Positions 37,936-52,041 are shown, counted from the first letter of the stretch. The stretch: DNA of 64,000 nucleotides from Paraspadella gotoi (GCA_051294375.1 JBJCIZ010000744.1:1807252-1871251); one strand, 5' to 3'. Notes: a model not told the origin generated them from the letters alone. Translations and numbers: made by a program.

Positions 37936-40160
37936 TCTTCTCTCTCTCGTCTCTCTCATCTCTCTCTCTCTCGGTCACCGCACAGAGAGAGAGAGAGAGA
38001 CAAAGTCCGACTCGAAAAAAAAAATCTGGAGACCGTGAAATCTTTCTCCCTCTGACTCTGACTCTGAAAAGTCACATTTCTTCTTCTTCTTTTTTCTTTC
38101 TTTTTTGTGTGTGTGAGTCGGCGACTTTTGTGTGTGTCGGCGATTGAAAGAGGGGAAAAAGGTTTTCCCACCTCAGAAGTCGAAGGGTGAAAAATTGGGA
38201 AGGTTGATCTCGCGGGCTGAAAAAAAAAGGGAGAAAAAAGGGGAAAAAGGGGAAAAAACGGGAAAAGGGGAAAAAGAGAAAAAAGGGGAAAAAGGGAGAA
38301 AAAATGAGGAAAAAGGTAAAAAAGGGGAAAAGGGGAAAAGGATAAAATTAAAAAGGAGGAGAAAAAAAGGACGAAAATTAAGGAGAAAAAAATGAAAAGT
38401 AAAGGAGAACAAAATCGGATAAAAGGAAGAAAGAACGCAACCACCCGCCGCCCGCCGCCGCCTGATCGCCTGGTTGCCTGATCTCCCGGTTGTCTGGTCG
38501 CCCGGTTGCCTTATCGCCCGGTTGTCTGGTCACCTGGTCGCTTGGTCACCTGCATGACTCATCCTGTTCGTCATCTGTTGGAAATATTGACCTTTTGGGA
38601 GCTCAAATGATTTGAAAAGAGTCGACGACGACGACGAAGTCTTTGTACTTTGTCACCCGTAGTGGTCAGTAAGAATGACCGTTCGTATCCAAACAGAATG
38701 GCCTTGTTATGGCTGACCTTTTTCAGCCAATGTAAATACGTTGTTGTTATTTTTACCATTTTGAATTTTACTCTCTTAATGTATGTTCTCTCTTCTCACA
38801 AAAAAACTCGTATCGAATTTTTCTCCAAAATTCTTGTTTTTTGAGTCACCGCAATTGGTAATTGCCCGACGCTTCTTCTGGACATCCTTTGCGACCTTTT
38901 AGACATTTTCGTCCTTTTTAATGTCAACCCAAAAATGGAGTACGTTGGTCCCCGCCCACGCAACGATTCCGCGCAAAATTCTTGTTTTTTTTTTTCGAGT
39001 CACCGCAGCCTCTTATTGATCGAGTGATGATTCATTGTCGAATTGTAATTCCAGTCATCTTAGAAATCATTCTTGCCCATCACCGAATCATTTGTTTGGT
39101 CACCCGATGCCTCGGTTTAAACGACTGGTTGCCTCTTGATTCATATTGGGACATTATAGCCTCGTAAATTTATTCATTAGACAAATCGCCCGGTGGTTAA
39201 TTCATTCGCCCGATCATTCACCGAAAGCTCTAAAATTTAACGATCTGATTAACCCAAAATTAGATCTAGAAAAACCCTCAAACCGTGTTCAAGACCCGTT
39301 TCATTGCGGGGGAGGGTTGGCAAGGAAGTTAGGGATTCACTTCAACCAATTTACAGAGAGAGAGACAGAGAGAGAGAGAGAAAGAATTCCCGCCGACGTT
39401 GTCTCCTTTTTTCCTTTTTTTTTTTTTTGCCGACGCACTCGCGATTTTCTGCCGAGGTTGGCAAGTCATGTTTTACAAGAGACACGGAGTCGCCGGCTGA
39501 CGACGCCTTTCAACGGAGACCGAGAGCAAAACAGTCAGGTTTTTTCTCCGTCGAAAACAAAACAGACGCCGACGCGTATCCGTCGCCACGCCCACCTCTC
39601 TCTGCTCCCCGACCGGATCCCATCTCCTTCCCAATTCTATCTGCATCCTCACCAAATCAATCACCACTTATCTCATTATTTAAATAATTAATAATTAATA
39701 ATTAAAGTTCTCCACTTATCACTCCTTATTTAAATAATTAATAATTAAGTTCCACTTATCTCTATTTAAATGTGTATGTGTTCTCCACTTATCTCATTCT
39801 TCTTTCTCACATCACTCACCAATTACAACACATCCACCCACCATTTCCTCTTCCCTCCCCCCCCTCCACCTCGCCCTCAATATCACCGCCCCCCAAACGA
39901 GACGCTCGCGCTGACGCGCGGAATTTTCGCGAAAGAAGCGACATCAGCGGCGTTTGATGGACGTCGTTGATCGAATGTTGGGAGTCAATTCAGTTCGTTG
40001 TTTCTCGTTGCGCATAGTTTTTTTCAATCTTTCGGGTCAAGCTGAGGTTTCATTGCGATGCGGTATTGCGGTATTGCGGTATCCCTGAACAAAGTCAGAC
40101 GCGATATCTAGTTGCTATCTCGAGTCAGATGGTTACTTGATAGCAAGGTGAGCCAATTTT

Positions 40161-40462
40161 TAGTTTCGCCGCGAGTACTCGCGGAGCAACTCTATAAGTC
40201 AATTTTTCGGTCTGTCGGTCGGTATGTCTGTCCGTCCGTCTGTCCCACTTACGTTAAAAATGCTCATAACTCGTCTAAAGTTGGTTGCTCATTTGTTAAG
40301 ATGGGGGAAAAAAAACCTCAAATCTAAGTGACTCCTAGCGCCGCCTTCAGGAAATCCTAAAACTATAAAGAATAAAAGACGGAATTCCGATTCGACACGT
40401 GTCGTAAATACACGGGCTAAGAAAGTCGCTGTGGCGCAACACATTGGACGAACCGATCTTGT
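40161..40462 (+). mobile_element. HINE-like family A copy
   Basis: CCGCGAGTACTCGCGG palindrome, ACTCTATAAGTC box, microsatellite, AAACCTCAAATCTAAGTGACT core and GGCGCAACACATTGG end. Confidence 0.7.
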
Positions 40463-41250
40463 TTGATTATTCAATCAATTTATCGTTTCTGCTTTCGGTT
40501 GGAATGAAGAGAATATTTTCGTCAAAATCGTCATTTTTTTTTTTACTTATTGTTTTTCGCTCAGTGATTCCTCGGATCACGTGATCCTCCCGGCTTTTTT
40601 TTCTCCTGATCACGTGATTTATTTGTGATCACGTGACTTTCTTCGCTCGGCTTAATCGACGTCGCATGGAAATTTCGCTTTATGAAGTACGATTTAGTTA
40701 ATTGAGGCCAGGATGCAAAGAGTCTTTCTCTCTCTCTCTCTNNNNNNNNNNNNNNNNNNNNNNNNNNNNNNNNNNNNNNNNNNNNNNNNNNNNNNNNNNN
40801 NNNNNNNNNNNNNNNNNNNNNNNNNNNNNNNNNNNNNNNNNNNNNNNNNNNNNNNNNNNNNNNNNNNNNNNNNNNNNNNNNNNNNNNNNNNNNNNNNNNN
40901 NNNNNNNNNNNNNNNNNNNNNNNNNNNNNNNNNNNNNNNNNNNNNNNNNNNNNNNNNNNNNNNNNNNNNNNNNNNNNNNNNNNNNNNNNNNNNNNNNNNN
41001 NNNNNNNNNNNNNNNNNNNNNNNNNNNNNNNNNNNNNNNNNNNNNNNNNNNNNNNNNNNNNNNNNNNNNNNNNNNNNNNNNNNNNNNNNNNNNNNNNNNN
41101 NNNNNNNNNNNNNNNNNNNNNNNNNNNNNNNNNNNNNNNNNNNNNNNNNNNNNNNNNNNNNNNNNNNNNNNNNNNNNNNNNNNNNNNNNNNNNNNNNNNN
41201 NNNNNNNNNNNNNNNNNNNNNNNNNNNNNNNNNNNNNNNNNNNNNNNNNN

Positions 41251-41287
<37 letters not shown>

Positions 41288-43413
41288 CATGCCCTTCCTC
41301 CATTTTCTTTATTAAAAAAAATAATCCCAACCAAATATCATGAGTCTCATGCGATTTTCAGTTTTATTCTTTGTTGTTGTTTAGAAAAATATAATAAACA
41401 AACTAAAAAAATTCCAAAACTATTAAAAACCGGGGAACATTTTCGTAGTTTAAAGTTTGATGCAATTTTTAAAAGTTTTTTTTGCATTTTTCTTTGTTTA
41501 AACTTTTGAACATTTGTTTGTTTTAATTTGTCTCGATTAAATATATCCTTCTGGCGTAAATTAAACGAATTTCAGTGAAATAATTTTAAACTATCGTTCA
41601 TCACGAAACTAATTTTAAAATATATATCTACATATAATTTAATTATAAATAATGTAAAAAAAAAAACCAGTGGGCGTGCTAAAACTAAATGTAGCGATTA
41701 AAACTTAGCCGATCAGAAGGAAGCAAGGGGGCGAATTTAAAAAACAAAAACTCCGAGGTTTCTCTCCCCCTCTTTTAAAAAATTTATCTCTCTCATCTCC
41801 TCTCTCTCTCTCTCTCTCTCTCTCATCTCTCTCTTTTCTCTCTCTTTCTCCTCTCTCTCCCACCGCTTGGCATTTATCCGAGTAAATAAAGGAAACAAAA
41901 GGAGCTACAAGAGCTCGGCTTTCTTGTTGGTCTCCAAATGGAAAGAATTTAAGAAAGAAGGGCGAGTGAACGAAAGGATGGAACTTATGAATGGATTAAT
42001 GAATGGGTTAATGAATGAATTCAAAATGGAAAACGACTTTGATAAAACAAAAGGGAAAATTATTTCGAACCCGATGATAACAAACAAGGAAATCAATTTT
42101 AAACTAAATTCATAATCATTACTTTTATTAATATATTATATTTATATAACATATTATATTATTAATATAAAAATTATGATAATGTAAAAGAAAAAGCGAA
42201 ATTCGAAAGGAATTTCTAACTCGGTCTTTTTAATAAAGAGAAAGAAAAAAAAATCAGTTAAACCGAAGAAATGACTTTTCGTTCTTTAAATGAGTAAATA
42301 CAGTTTAACTTACTTTCTATCTCTTTCTCTCTCTTATCCAGAAAAGCTGACAATTTTACCGACAACGACGACGACGAGAACGACAACAAAATTGATGACA
42401 ACGACGATGAGAACGAAGCGGCCCCTGACAACGACAACAACTATAGTCGCTAACAACAAAGATGACAACGATCTTGACGACGCTAATAACGACAAAGGGT
42501 TTGATGACAACGACAACAACAATGATTTAATCTGACGCCGACGACGACGTCGACGACTCTGATGACAACGACGTCGAAAATGACGACGCCGATGACAACG
42601 AAGCCGCTGCTGACAACGACCACGACAACTTCCCCCCCCCTTCCCTCTTCTCTCCACTACGACACTTCGTCGGCATTTTTTTTCTCCTCCTGACGAATAG
42701 AATTTCGATTCGCGTCAATTAGTCTATAAACCGAAAGTAATTAATCTCAGGCCCCGCGGTGGAACAGAAAAAAAAAAGGGGTGGCGTGGCGTGGCGTGGC
42801 GCGGCATTTACGCGGCGTACAGAGAATGTGCTGCCTATAAATAATTACTAACTCAAAGCGACATAGAGACTTACTCGTGGCAAATATCGAATTTAGTGCG
42901 CTCCTCCAGCTCTCCCCCCCCCCAAAAAAAAAAAAAAAATTGAGCCTCGTCTGGAAATGTTATTATCTTTTAAGTGGGTTGAACTTGAAGGCTTTGACCT
43001 ACCAAAGCGACAAGTAGACTGACCTTGACCAATTCATAACCGACATTGAACCAAGTTCACCTTCTAACTATTGATTATTTAGTTTCTTACTTCCCTTTGT
43101 TTTGACTTTTTACCTCACCTCGCATTTGAAGGATTTCGATCTGCCTTCACTCATTGCGAGAGAGAAAAAAATGAACCTCAAAGTTTATGTCGTGGCTTCA
43201 CTCGCACGTGCGCGCATCCTTCTGCACCTCTTTGCGTGCGCACGATTCTTCACACGCAGGATTTCCAACGTGCTCCTCTTCTCGCACCCGGATCCCGAAC
43301 CGGAAACGACAGCTTCGTTTTGGATTCCATTTTCTTTTCTTCTCTCTCTCTCTTCTCTTCACTCTCTTCGTTTCTCCTCTCTCATCTCCTCCTTCTCTCC
43401 TCTCTCTCTCTCT

Positions 43414-43444
<31 letters not shown>

Positions 43445-43741
43445 ATGCTCAAGGTTGCGGCGTTTTTTTTATCCTTTTCTTTTTTTCTCCCACTTCTTCC
43501 TATTTACTTCTTCGTTTTATCCTCACTTTTCCTCTCCAACTCTTCTCATCATCTCCTCCCTCTCTTCCTCCTTCTCCTCCCTCTCTCATCCTCCTCACTC
43601 TCTTCCTCTCTTCCTCTCTTCCTCCTTCCCTTCCTCCTTTTTGTCCCCATTTTTTTTTCTTCATATTTTTTCTCTTTAAAATATCATTTTTGTCTCGTTC
43701 GTCATTTTTTTTTCTATTTCCCCCGCGCGGGAAGAAAAAGA

Positions 43742-43827
<86 letters not shown>

Positions 43828-43828
43828 C

Positions 43829-44421
43829 GAATAAGTCAAACTCAGTCCTTCGAAAGATTGTTTTCTATTAAGGGGCCATCATTCATCGTCGAATATTTTG
43901 AAGCAAAGGGGAACATCAAAGAAAATGTGTGAGTGGATCAATTTAGGCGGAATACTAAGTAGTTTTCAACAATACAGAAGAGAGTATATTACTAAATAAT
44001 CTTTTCGTTGTCTCGATAGCTCTTGTTAAAACTTTTCACTCCCTCATCCAATGTACACTGTCCTTTACAAGGTTTTTTCTAAAATGTCATTGTCAAACGA
44101 ATTTTTATTTTTATTTAACTTGAATTTCTTTTTCTTATCTTTCTTTTCCCGTATTCCACGTATAAATTCCGCCATCTTTATTTCATCCCATTAATTCCGT
44201 TTGCCTCTTGTTTGACCCTCGTTTTCATTCTTCACCTTCCATTTGTTCAGGATTTTCTCTCCCCAGTTTTTCTCTCCCTGGATTTTCTGCCTGATGTCTC
44301 TTTCTTTCTTTTTTTCCCCCCCAGTTATCAGTTTATCACTTTACCACATATAAAATTCCAAGATTTATAATTTCAAAAATAATTATTTTCCACGTTGGAA
44401 TTTTCTGAATCCTCGTCGGTG

Positions 44422-44484
<63 letters not shown>

Positions 44485-46060
44485 TCGTGAAGCCGTTAGT
44501 TTCGTCCTTGTCTTTTCTACGAATCGCTTTCCCGATCGACTCGTACGAATCAATTGTCTCTCGGCTGAGATGATTTCCAAGTTTAGAACATCTGTGGATA
44601 AGGAGCGAAGTGGGCTGAAGACGACCATCCTTATAGACGGAGTGAACTCATGCGATGTCCGACTTCACATCTTGACGCTTTGGCTTTTTTTTTTTATTCA
44701 AAATCACTTTGATTTTAAAACGAAAATAAAAATGCGTCCAGGAAGTCTAAAGGTAGTTCGTGGCTTTGGTGATTATTAATTAGCTTGTATACTTCTTCAT
44801 TTATTTTTAACAAACTTTCACACTCTCTTTTCTTCATTGAAAAGTCATCGCATTGGTAGACCAAGTATTGAGAACATTTTACAGCTCTCTCTCTCTCTCT
44901 NNNNNNNNNNNNNNNNNNNNNNNNNGAATAGGTTAAACTAGTCCTCGGAAAGATTTTCTCCTATTAAGGCCATCTCATTACATCGTCGAATATTTTGAAG
45001 CAAATTGGGATGAAATCAAAGAAAATGTCCCGTGGATGGATCAATTTAGGCGGAAATACCTAAGTAGTTTTCAACATACAGCAAGAGAAGTTTATATTAC
45101 TAAATAATCTTTTCGTTGTCTCGATAGGCTCTATGTTTAAAAACTATTTACTACCCTCATCAATGTACACTGTCCTTTACAAAGGTTTTTTTTAAATGTA
45201 TATGTCAAACGAATTTTTATTTTTTATTTTAACCTTGATTTCTTGTTTCTTATCTTTCTTTCCACCCGTATTCCACGTATAAATTCCCGCCATCTTCTAA
45301 TTTTTCATCCATTAATGTCCGTTTTGCCTCTCTTGTTTGCCCTCGTTTTTCTATCTTCAACCCTTCCATTTGTTCAGGCATTTTCGTCTCCCAGATTTTC
45401 TACTCTCCTGGATTTTCTGTCCTGATGTCTCTTTCTTTCTTTTTTTTCGTCCCCGCAGTTTATCAGTTTATCCTATTACCCACATATAAAATTCCAAGAT
45501 TAGTTAATTTCAAAAATAATTATTTTCCACTAGTCTGGAATTTTCTGAATCCTCGTCGGTGAATCAATCGCAATCAATCACATCATCAATGAAATCATCA
45601 AATCAACAATCAAGTCGAAATCAATCAAATAATCAAATCGTGTGAAGCCGTTAGTTTCGTCCTTGTCTTTCTACGAATCGGGCTTTCCCGATCGCTGGTA
45701 CGAATCACATTGTCTCTCGGGCTGAGTGATTCCAAGTTTAAGAACATCTGTGATAAGGAGCGAAGTGGCTGGAAGACGACCATCCTTATAGACGAGATGA
45801 ACTGCAATGCGATGTACCGCACTTCAGCATCTTGGCGCTTTTGGCTTTTTATTTTTTATATCAAAGATCACTTTTGAATTTTAAAAACGAAATAAAAAAT
45901 GCGGCCAGGAAGTCTAAAGGTAGTTCGTGGTTGGTTGATTATTAATTTAGGCTTGTATATACTTCTTCATTTATTTAACAACTTCCACACTCTCTTTTCT
46001 CTCATTGAAAAGTCATGCATTGGTAGACCAAGTATTTGAGAACATTTTACAGTCTCTCTC
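43829..46060. repeat. ~1.1 kb tandem duplication (43829-44900 vs 44926-~46060), probably an assembly artefact
   Basis: Copies are separated by an N gap; the second copy is dense in small indels and its (ATCA)n tract is garbled. Confidence 0.9.
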
Positions 46061-46065
46061 TCTCC

Positions 46066-46149
<84 letters not shown>

Positions 46150-46897
46150 CCGGTCTTCTTCGACCTCGCTTTTATTCTCCTCTTCTAGAATTTCGAAGTC
46201 CCTCTCTATCTTGCATCTCCCTTCCCGTTGACAACGAAACTTCTCTCTCTCTCCTCATCATCTCTCTCTCTCTCTCTCCTCTCTCCTCTCTTCTCTCTCT
46301 CTCTCTCTCTCTACCTCTCTCCCATCTCTCTCTCCAATTCTCGCTTCTAATTTTTCCATCTGAATTTCCCCAGCGGGTTTCCTTTCATCTTCTTTCTCTT
46401 TTCCTCATTCTTTCTATTTTCTCTTTTTCTCTTCTTTTCTTTCTTTTTCTTTCTTCTTTCTTATCTTTCTTTTCTTTCTTTTCTTCTTTCTTTCTTTCCT
46501 TTCTTTCTTTCTCTTATTCTTAGTTTTGATTTATAAATCGTACAATTGTAAGCATATTAAGCTTTGTAGACTCTCAATTTTAAAGATTCGATTTTTAAAA
46601 ATCTCTCGCTCTTTCTCTTGCTCTCTCTCTCTCGCTCTCCTACTCTCTCTCTCTCCTCGACCTCTACTCTCGTCATCTCTCTCTCTTTCTCTCCTCTATT
46701 CCTCTGCTCTATAACTCAGATGATTATCCTCTGTCTAACAGAAATGCTTCAAATTCATACCCTTCTTCAACTGTAACAAACAGAGAATTTTCTTTAACTT
46801 TTTTTCTTCCCTCAAACAAGTTGTACTTTTTTCCTGCGGCTATCAGACGAATTTTTTTTCCTCGGGTTCTCTCTCTCTCTTCTGCTTCCCCCCACCT

Positions 46898-46952
<55 letters not shown>

Positions 46953-47051
46953 TTCTCACACTCTCCACATCGGCTTCTCCACTTATTTTTGATTTCTCTC
47001 CTTTTTTTTTGCCCTCCAGTTGCCTGTTTGGTGTGCTACGCTCTCTTCTCT

Positions 47052-47106
<55 letters not shown>

Positions 47107-47328
47107 ATCTCTCTCTCTCTCTTCTTCTCTCTCTCACTCTCTTCTCTCTTCTCTCTCTCTCATCTCTATTTTTCAATTTCATTTGAATCTCTTTGCTTTC
47201 CTTGCCAGGCTTATTTTTTCCTTCGGACAAAAATATGAAAAAATTTGAGAGAGAACAAGAAGAAGGGAAATTGTTAAAAGAGACCTAGAACAGAGTCAGT
47301 GGGAGAGAGAGAGAGAGGAAAGGAGAGG

Positions 47329-47360
<32 letters not shown>

Positions 47361-47792
47361 AAGAGAGGAGAGAGAGAAGAGAGAGAGAGAAAGGGAGAGA
47401 AAGAGAGACAGAGAGAGAGAACGAGAGAGAGAGGAGAGAGATGGAGAGAGAGAGAGGGGAGAGAGGAGAGAGAAGAGAAAGAGCGAGAGAAGAACGAGAA
47501 AGAGAGAGAGAGAGAGAGAGATCCCCTTCCAACAAATCTCCCAATATGGAAGGCAAAGTCGAAGTAATCCTTCTGTTGTTGACGACGACAACCAGAGATG
47601 ATGGAAGAATCGTCTCGCTCTCTCTCCTCTCACTTCGTCTCGCTCTCAGTCTGAGTCTCCGTCTTGCGATTTGAAGAAAAAGAAGAAAACAAAAAAAAAA
47701 GAAAAACAAGCAATTGTAATTGCTTGCCTTCGTAGTCTAATTGTTTTTTTTTTGAAGATGATTGGTTAAGATTTTTTTGGGTCGAATTTTAA

Positions 47793-48053
47793 ATCACATG
47801 ATATGACATGACATGACATGACCGAAAAACTTTCTTAGCCCTTTTATTCCTTATTGTTTTAGGAATTCTTGAAGGCGGCGCTAGCAGTCCCTTAGATTTG
47901 AGGTTTTGTCTGTCTTAACAAATGAGCAACTAACTATAGGCATATTATATTCACTTTGTGGGACAGACCGTCGGATAGACATACCGACCGACAGACCGAC
48001 CGACAAACCGACAGACGGACCGAGTTGCTCCGTGAGTACTCGCGACGAAACTA
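47793..48053 (-). mobile_element. HINE-like family A copy (3' truncated)
   Basis: Reverse complement of the family A 5' hairpin, microsatellite, core and (CATGT)n segment. Confidence 0.68.
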
Positions 48054-48722
48054 AAAAGTTGGTTTTAATTTCCGAAAGAATCTCATTTCTGTTCCTTGCC
48101 TCCAACATTTAACTCTAATCCCTAACCTTAAACCCTCATCTTTTTTAAAATAAATAAATATTTATTTAATGCTGAATTTAACTGAAAAGGGGGACCTTGG
48201 GAAAATATTGCCAAAAAAAAAGATGAGAATTTTTGGTCGAGAAGTGAGGATGTATCACGTGAGGGCGTTTCACATTGAACACGGTGTTTCGGAAACGTGT
48301 GATGCTGAGCTTGGATCCAAACAAGTGGCGTCACTTCGCCTGCAAGTTTGTTCTCACGGGTGTCCTCAGAATAGGATTAAACCCAGAATCAAGTCTTCAT
48401 GAGGACATGATTTTACTCGATAAGCGACTGGGTCACGAAAACGAGAAAATCTCTTGGGCGGGGAGAACCTGGGCATCGTTCACTACAAATCTCACGTTTC
48501 CTTCATTCACGACGCGTCTCCGAACGAGAGTTCCGCAAAGATTTCACTGGCTAATCTCACTCCTCTAATCCCTAATCCGATTATTAGCTTCGTCCGTGAT
48601 CCGCGCCTCACAAAATCCAAACGATGGCGGACGGACTTCAACAGGCGACCGAATGACTAATAGACAGTGTCTATACGTCCAGGAGACGATGACGACGACT
48701 AAGATGATGATGATGATGATGA

Positions 48723-48764
<42 letters not shown>

Positions 48765-48855
48765 AATATCTTTTTTCTTTTGATCTGCGAACTCATGGGG
48801 TCAGTCGGCGTCTCGGAAGAGAAGCGGAATTGATGGCCTTTTGTTTCTTCAATTG

Positions 48856-49420
48856 GGAGGGAAGGAAGGAAGGAAGGAAGGAAGGAGGGATGGAAGAGAG
48901 AAGGGACAATGGGAGGAATGAAGGAAGAAGGGAAGGAAGGAAGGAAGGAAGGAGGAAGGAAGGAAGAAGGTAAGGAAGGGAGAAAGGAAGGAAGAAAGAA
49001 GTAGGAGGAAAAGGAAGGAGGGATGAAGAAGGAAGGACAAGGAGGAAGGAGAAGGAGGGAAGCGAATGAAAGAAGGAGGAAGGAGCAGAGAAGAGGAAGG
49101 AAAAAGGAGGAAGGATGGAAGGAAGAGGATGGAGAGGGAAGGGACAATGGAGAAGGAGGAGAGAGAAAGAAGGGAAGGAAGAAAAGAAGAAGGAAGGAAG
49201 CAGAAAAGGAAGCAGGGAAGGAAGGAAGAAAAAGGGAAGGAGGAAGGAAAAAGAAGGAAGGAGGAGAAGGAAGAGGGAAAGGGGGACATAGGAGTGAGAA
49301 GGAAGGAAAGACGAAGAGGAAGAGGGAATGGAAAAGAATGAAGGAGGAAGGAAGGAAGGAGGGAAGGAAGGAAAGAATGAAGGAAGGAAGGAAGGAAGGA
49401 AGTTGGGAAAGAAGGAGGGA
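48856..49420. repeat. ~560 bp polypurine (GGAA) tract
   Basis: Almost pyrimidine-free on the + strand. Confidence 0.9.
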
Positions 49421-49579
49421 ATATAAGAATGAATGAATGGTCATACGAATGAATGAAGGTAAAGAATGAATGAAATAATAGATAAAAGTGAATAAAAAAA
49501 ACTATGACTGTCAGACTGACTGTTTCCGAGCGAGTTTGTGTCATCTGAAAATTCAAAATCAGACAGGCACATCCAATGG

Positions 49580-49651
<72 letters not shown>

Positions 49652-50142
49652 ATCTCGGAATTACGCCCTGGCATGATTCTCAATCGTAAAATCCTTTTCG
49701 CGATCATAAAAAGTATTTTCTTTTATTTCTTTCTTTTATTTCTTTCTTTTTTTTGCGGTCGAAAAATTATCGATTATTTTTTGCAAGGTTTTTTCGTTTT
49801 GTTTTGAGGGAAAAAAATTTAGAGATTGGTTCAGTTTAAACAGTAAACTTACCAAAAAGAAAGTATTATTCTGTCTCTTTTTGAAAGCAGATAGAGAGCC
49901 CATTTCCTCTGATTTCAGATCGTGAAAAAAAAACCTTTTGAAATTAGCTTAGTAAAGACTTTCATTCTTTGGTAATACTTTTTTTAAAAACTGAAAACGA
50001 GCGAAAAAAAAAGAAAAAAAAGGAAAAATGGGGAAAAAATGGAGAAATGAATAAAAAATGGGGAAAAATAAAGTGAGATCTTCGATTATCAATTTTAACT
50101 CTTCTTTCACGATTTCCGATCTCACTGCAGAATTCTTCACTC

Positions 50143-50268
50143 TCTTTCTTACCTTAGTGTTCTTAGTCACTAGCATTCTTTCTCTAATCATCTTTCTTAC
50201 CTTAGTGTTCTTAGTCACTAGCATTATTTATCTAATCATCTTTCTTACTTTAGTGTTCTTAGTCATTA
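50143..50268. repeat. ~48 bp tandem repeat (TCTTTCTTACCTTAGTGTTCTTAGTCACTAGCATT...), about 2.5 copies
   Basis: Directly visible. Confidence 0.85.
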
Positions 50269-51720
50269 CTTTTTAACACCTTTTAAGTCTTCTCTTTTAA
50301 TTTCTTTTTATAAATTTCTTATTTTTTCTCTTACTCTTTTCTTTCCCTGCAGCCCTGCAGCTCTGCAGCTCTGCAGCACTGAAGCACTGCTGTAAAGCCT
50401 TCATGTGCTTTTAGACTGACCCCATGCTCCCTCAATTTATCTCTCTCTCTCTNNNNNNNNNNCTCTCTCTCTCTCTCCAACCGGAAGTGATCGCCGATCG
50501 CAGCGCCATTTTCTCACGCTTCGCCTTTTCTCCGTCGAAGAATCGATGAAGCAGAAGAAACCAAAAAAAAAGCTGATTTTATGAGGGAAAAAAGCAAAAA
50601 AAAAAAAGCAAAAAAAAAACGACTGCCCCCGTTGCTTTTTTTTTCTTGTTTAAAAAGGAAATTTAATGTAGTTCAACTAAACCGGAGAAAAATCTCTCTC
50701 TCTCTCCCTTCCTCCCAGTTGTTTTCATTCCCTATTTTTTTACAAATATCTACCCTTTCTTTCCCATTCCTTTCTCCCTCCCTCCTCCTCCTCCTCCTCC
50801 TCCTCCCCCTCCCGCCAAATAGGATTGAATTTCCGCCCGTGCCTCCAGTGCCTCCTGGATATTGAGTTGAATCCTGAAGGTGCAAAAAGCTTTTTTTTTT
50901 TCCTCCGCGAGTTTTTTTTCGTCTCACGTGATCATTTTTTCTTTTTCTTTTTTTTTTGTAGTCGGCTGACCCTCTTTTTTTGAATCACGTGACCAGGAAC
51001 TAAGGTTGAGCATCCGTTTCTTTGTTTCTTTGTTTAATATTTTTTTGGTTTATATTTTAAATCAAGAGTGGACGAATGGACGTTTAAAAAAAGTATCTTT
51101 AAAGTTTAAGGGAAGTCGCGTTGTGTCGTTTCATGACGCCTCGTAGTACCTCGGGATTTTTCTTCCAAGTTCTTTAAATTATACTTTTCAAAATGACTAA
51201 TGCCTTCAATAGATATTTACCTACACTCTCTCATCTTTTACTTATAATAATTAGAAACAAAAGCCTTTTGCGCGTTCCGAGGCTTATTTCGCCCAAATGC
51301 AATTATACGCAGTCAAAATTTGACATATTCAGAAAAGCTGCTAAATGTAAATGAGATTATCCAATAAATTATTGAAAATATCGCGCGCAGCTTGAGTTGG
51401 TTGACCTCTCGCCCAAAGGATATCCAAAGGGTTATAAACGTCTCTCTCTCTCTCTTTCTCTCTCACTCTCTCTCTCTCATTCATTCTCTCTCTCTCTCTC
51501 TCGTCTCAATTTCGAGAGATTCGTCAAATCCCCAGGGTTTCCCTTTGGCGCCCCCCCTCGCCCCCCATGTGGGACGGAAGAGAGAAAGGGGTGATTGGGG
51601 AAAATTATGACCCAATTTATATCTCAGGTCTCTGGCCCTTTCACCCTGACCCCTTCCCCATCACAATGATTTCCAATATTTTGAGGTTGAGACTTGATAG
51701 AATATTGTTATTATTATTGA

Positions 51721-51817
<97 letters not shown>

Positions 51818-52041
51818 CAGCATTTTTCTCAAGGTAATTTGACATCAAAGTAAATATATCGTCTTAGTCTTAGCACGATAATCATTTTTCAAATACTAAG
51901 ATTGTTTATTCTTTTACTTATTGGTTTCATTAAGTTTCCAGATTCGTCGATCGAATGGCAAAGCTCGTGATTTTTAATTACTATACTAAGACAGGGAAAC
52001 AATCCTCCCGATCGGCTGATGTCTTTTGTTTTTTAAAATTT

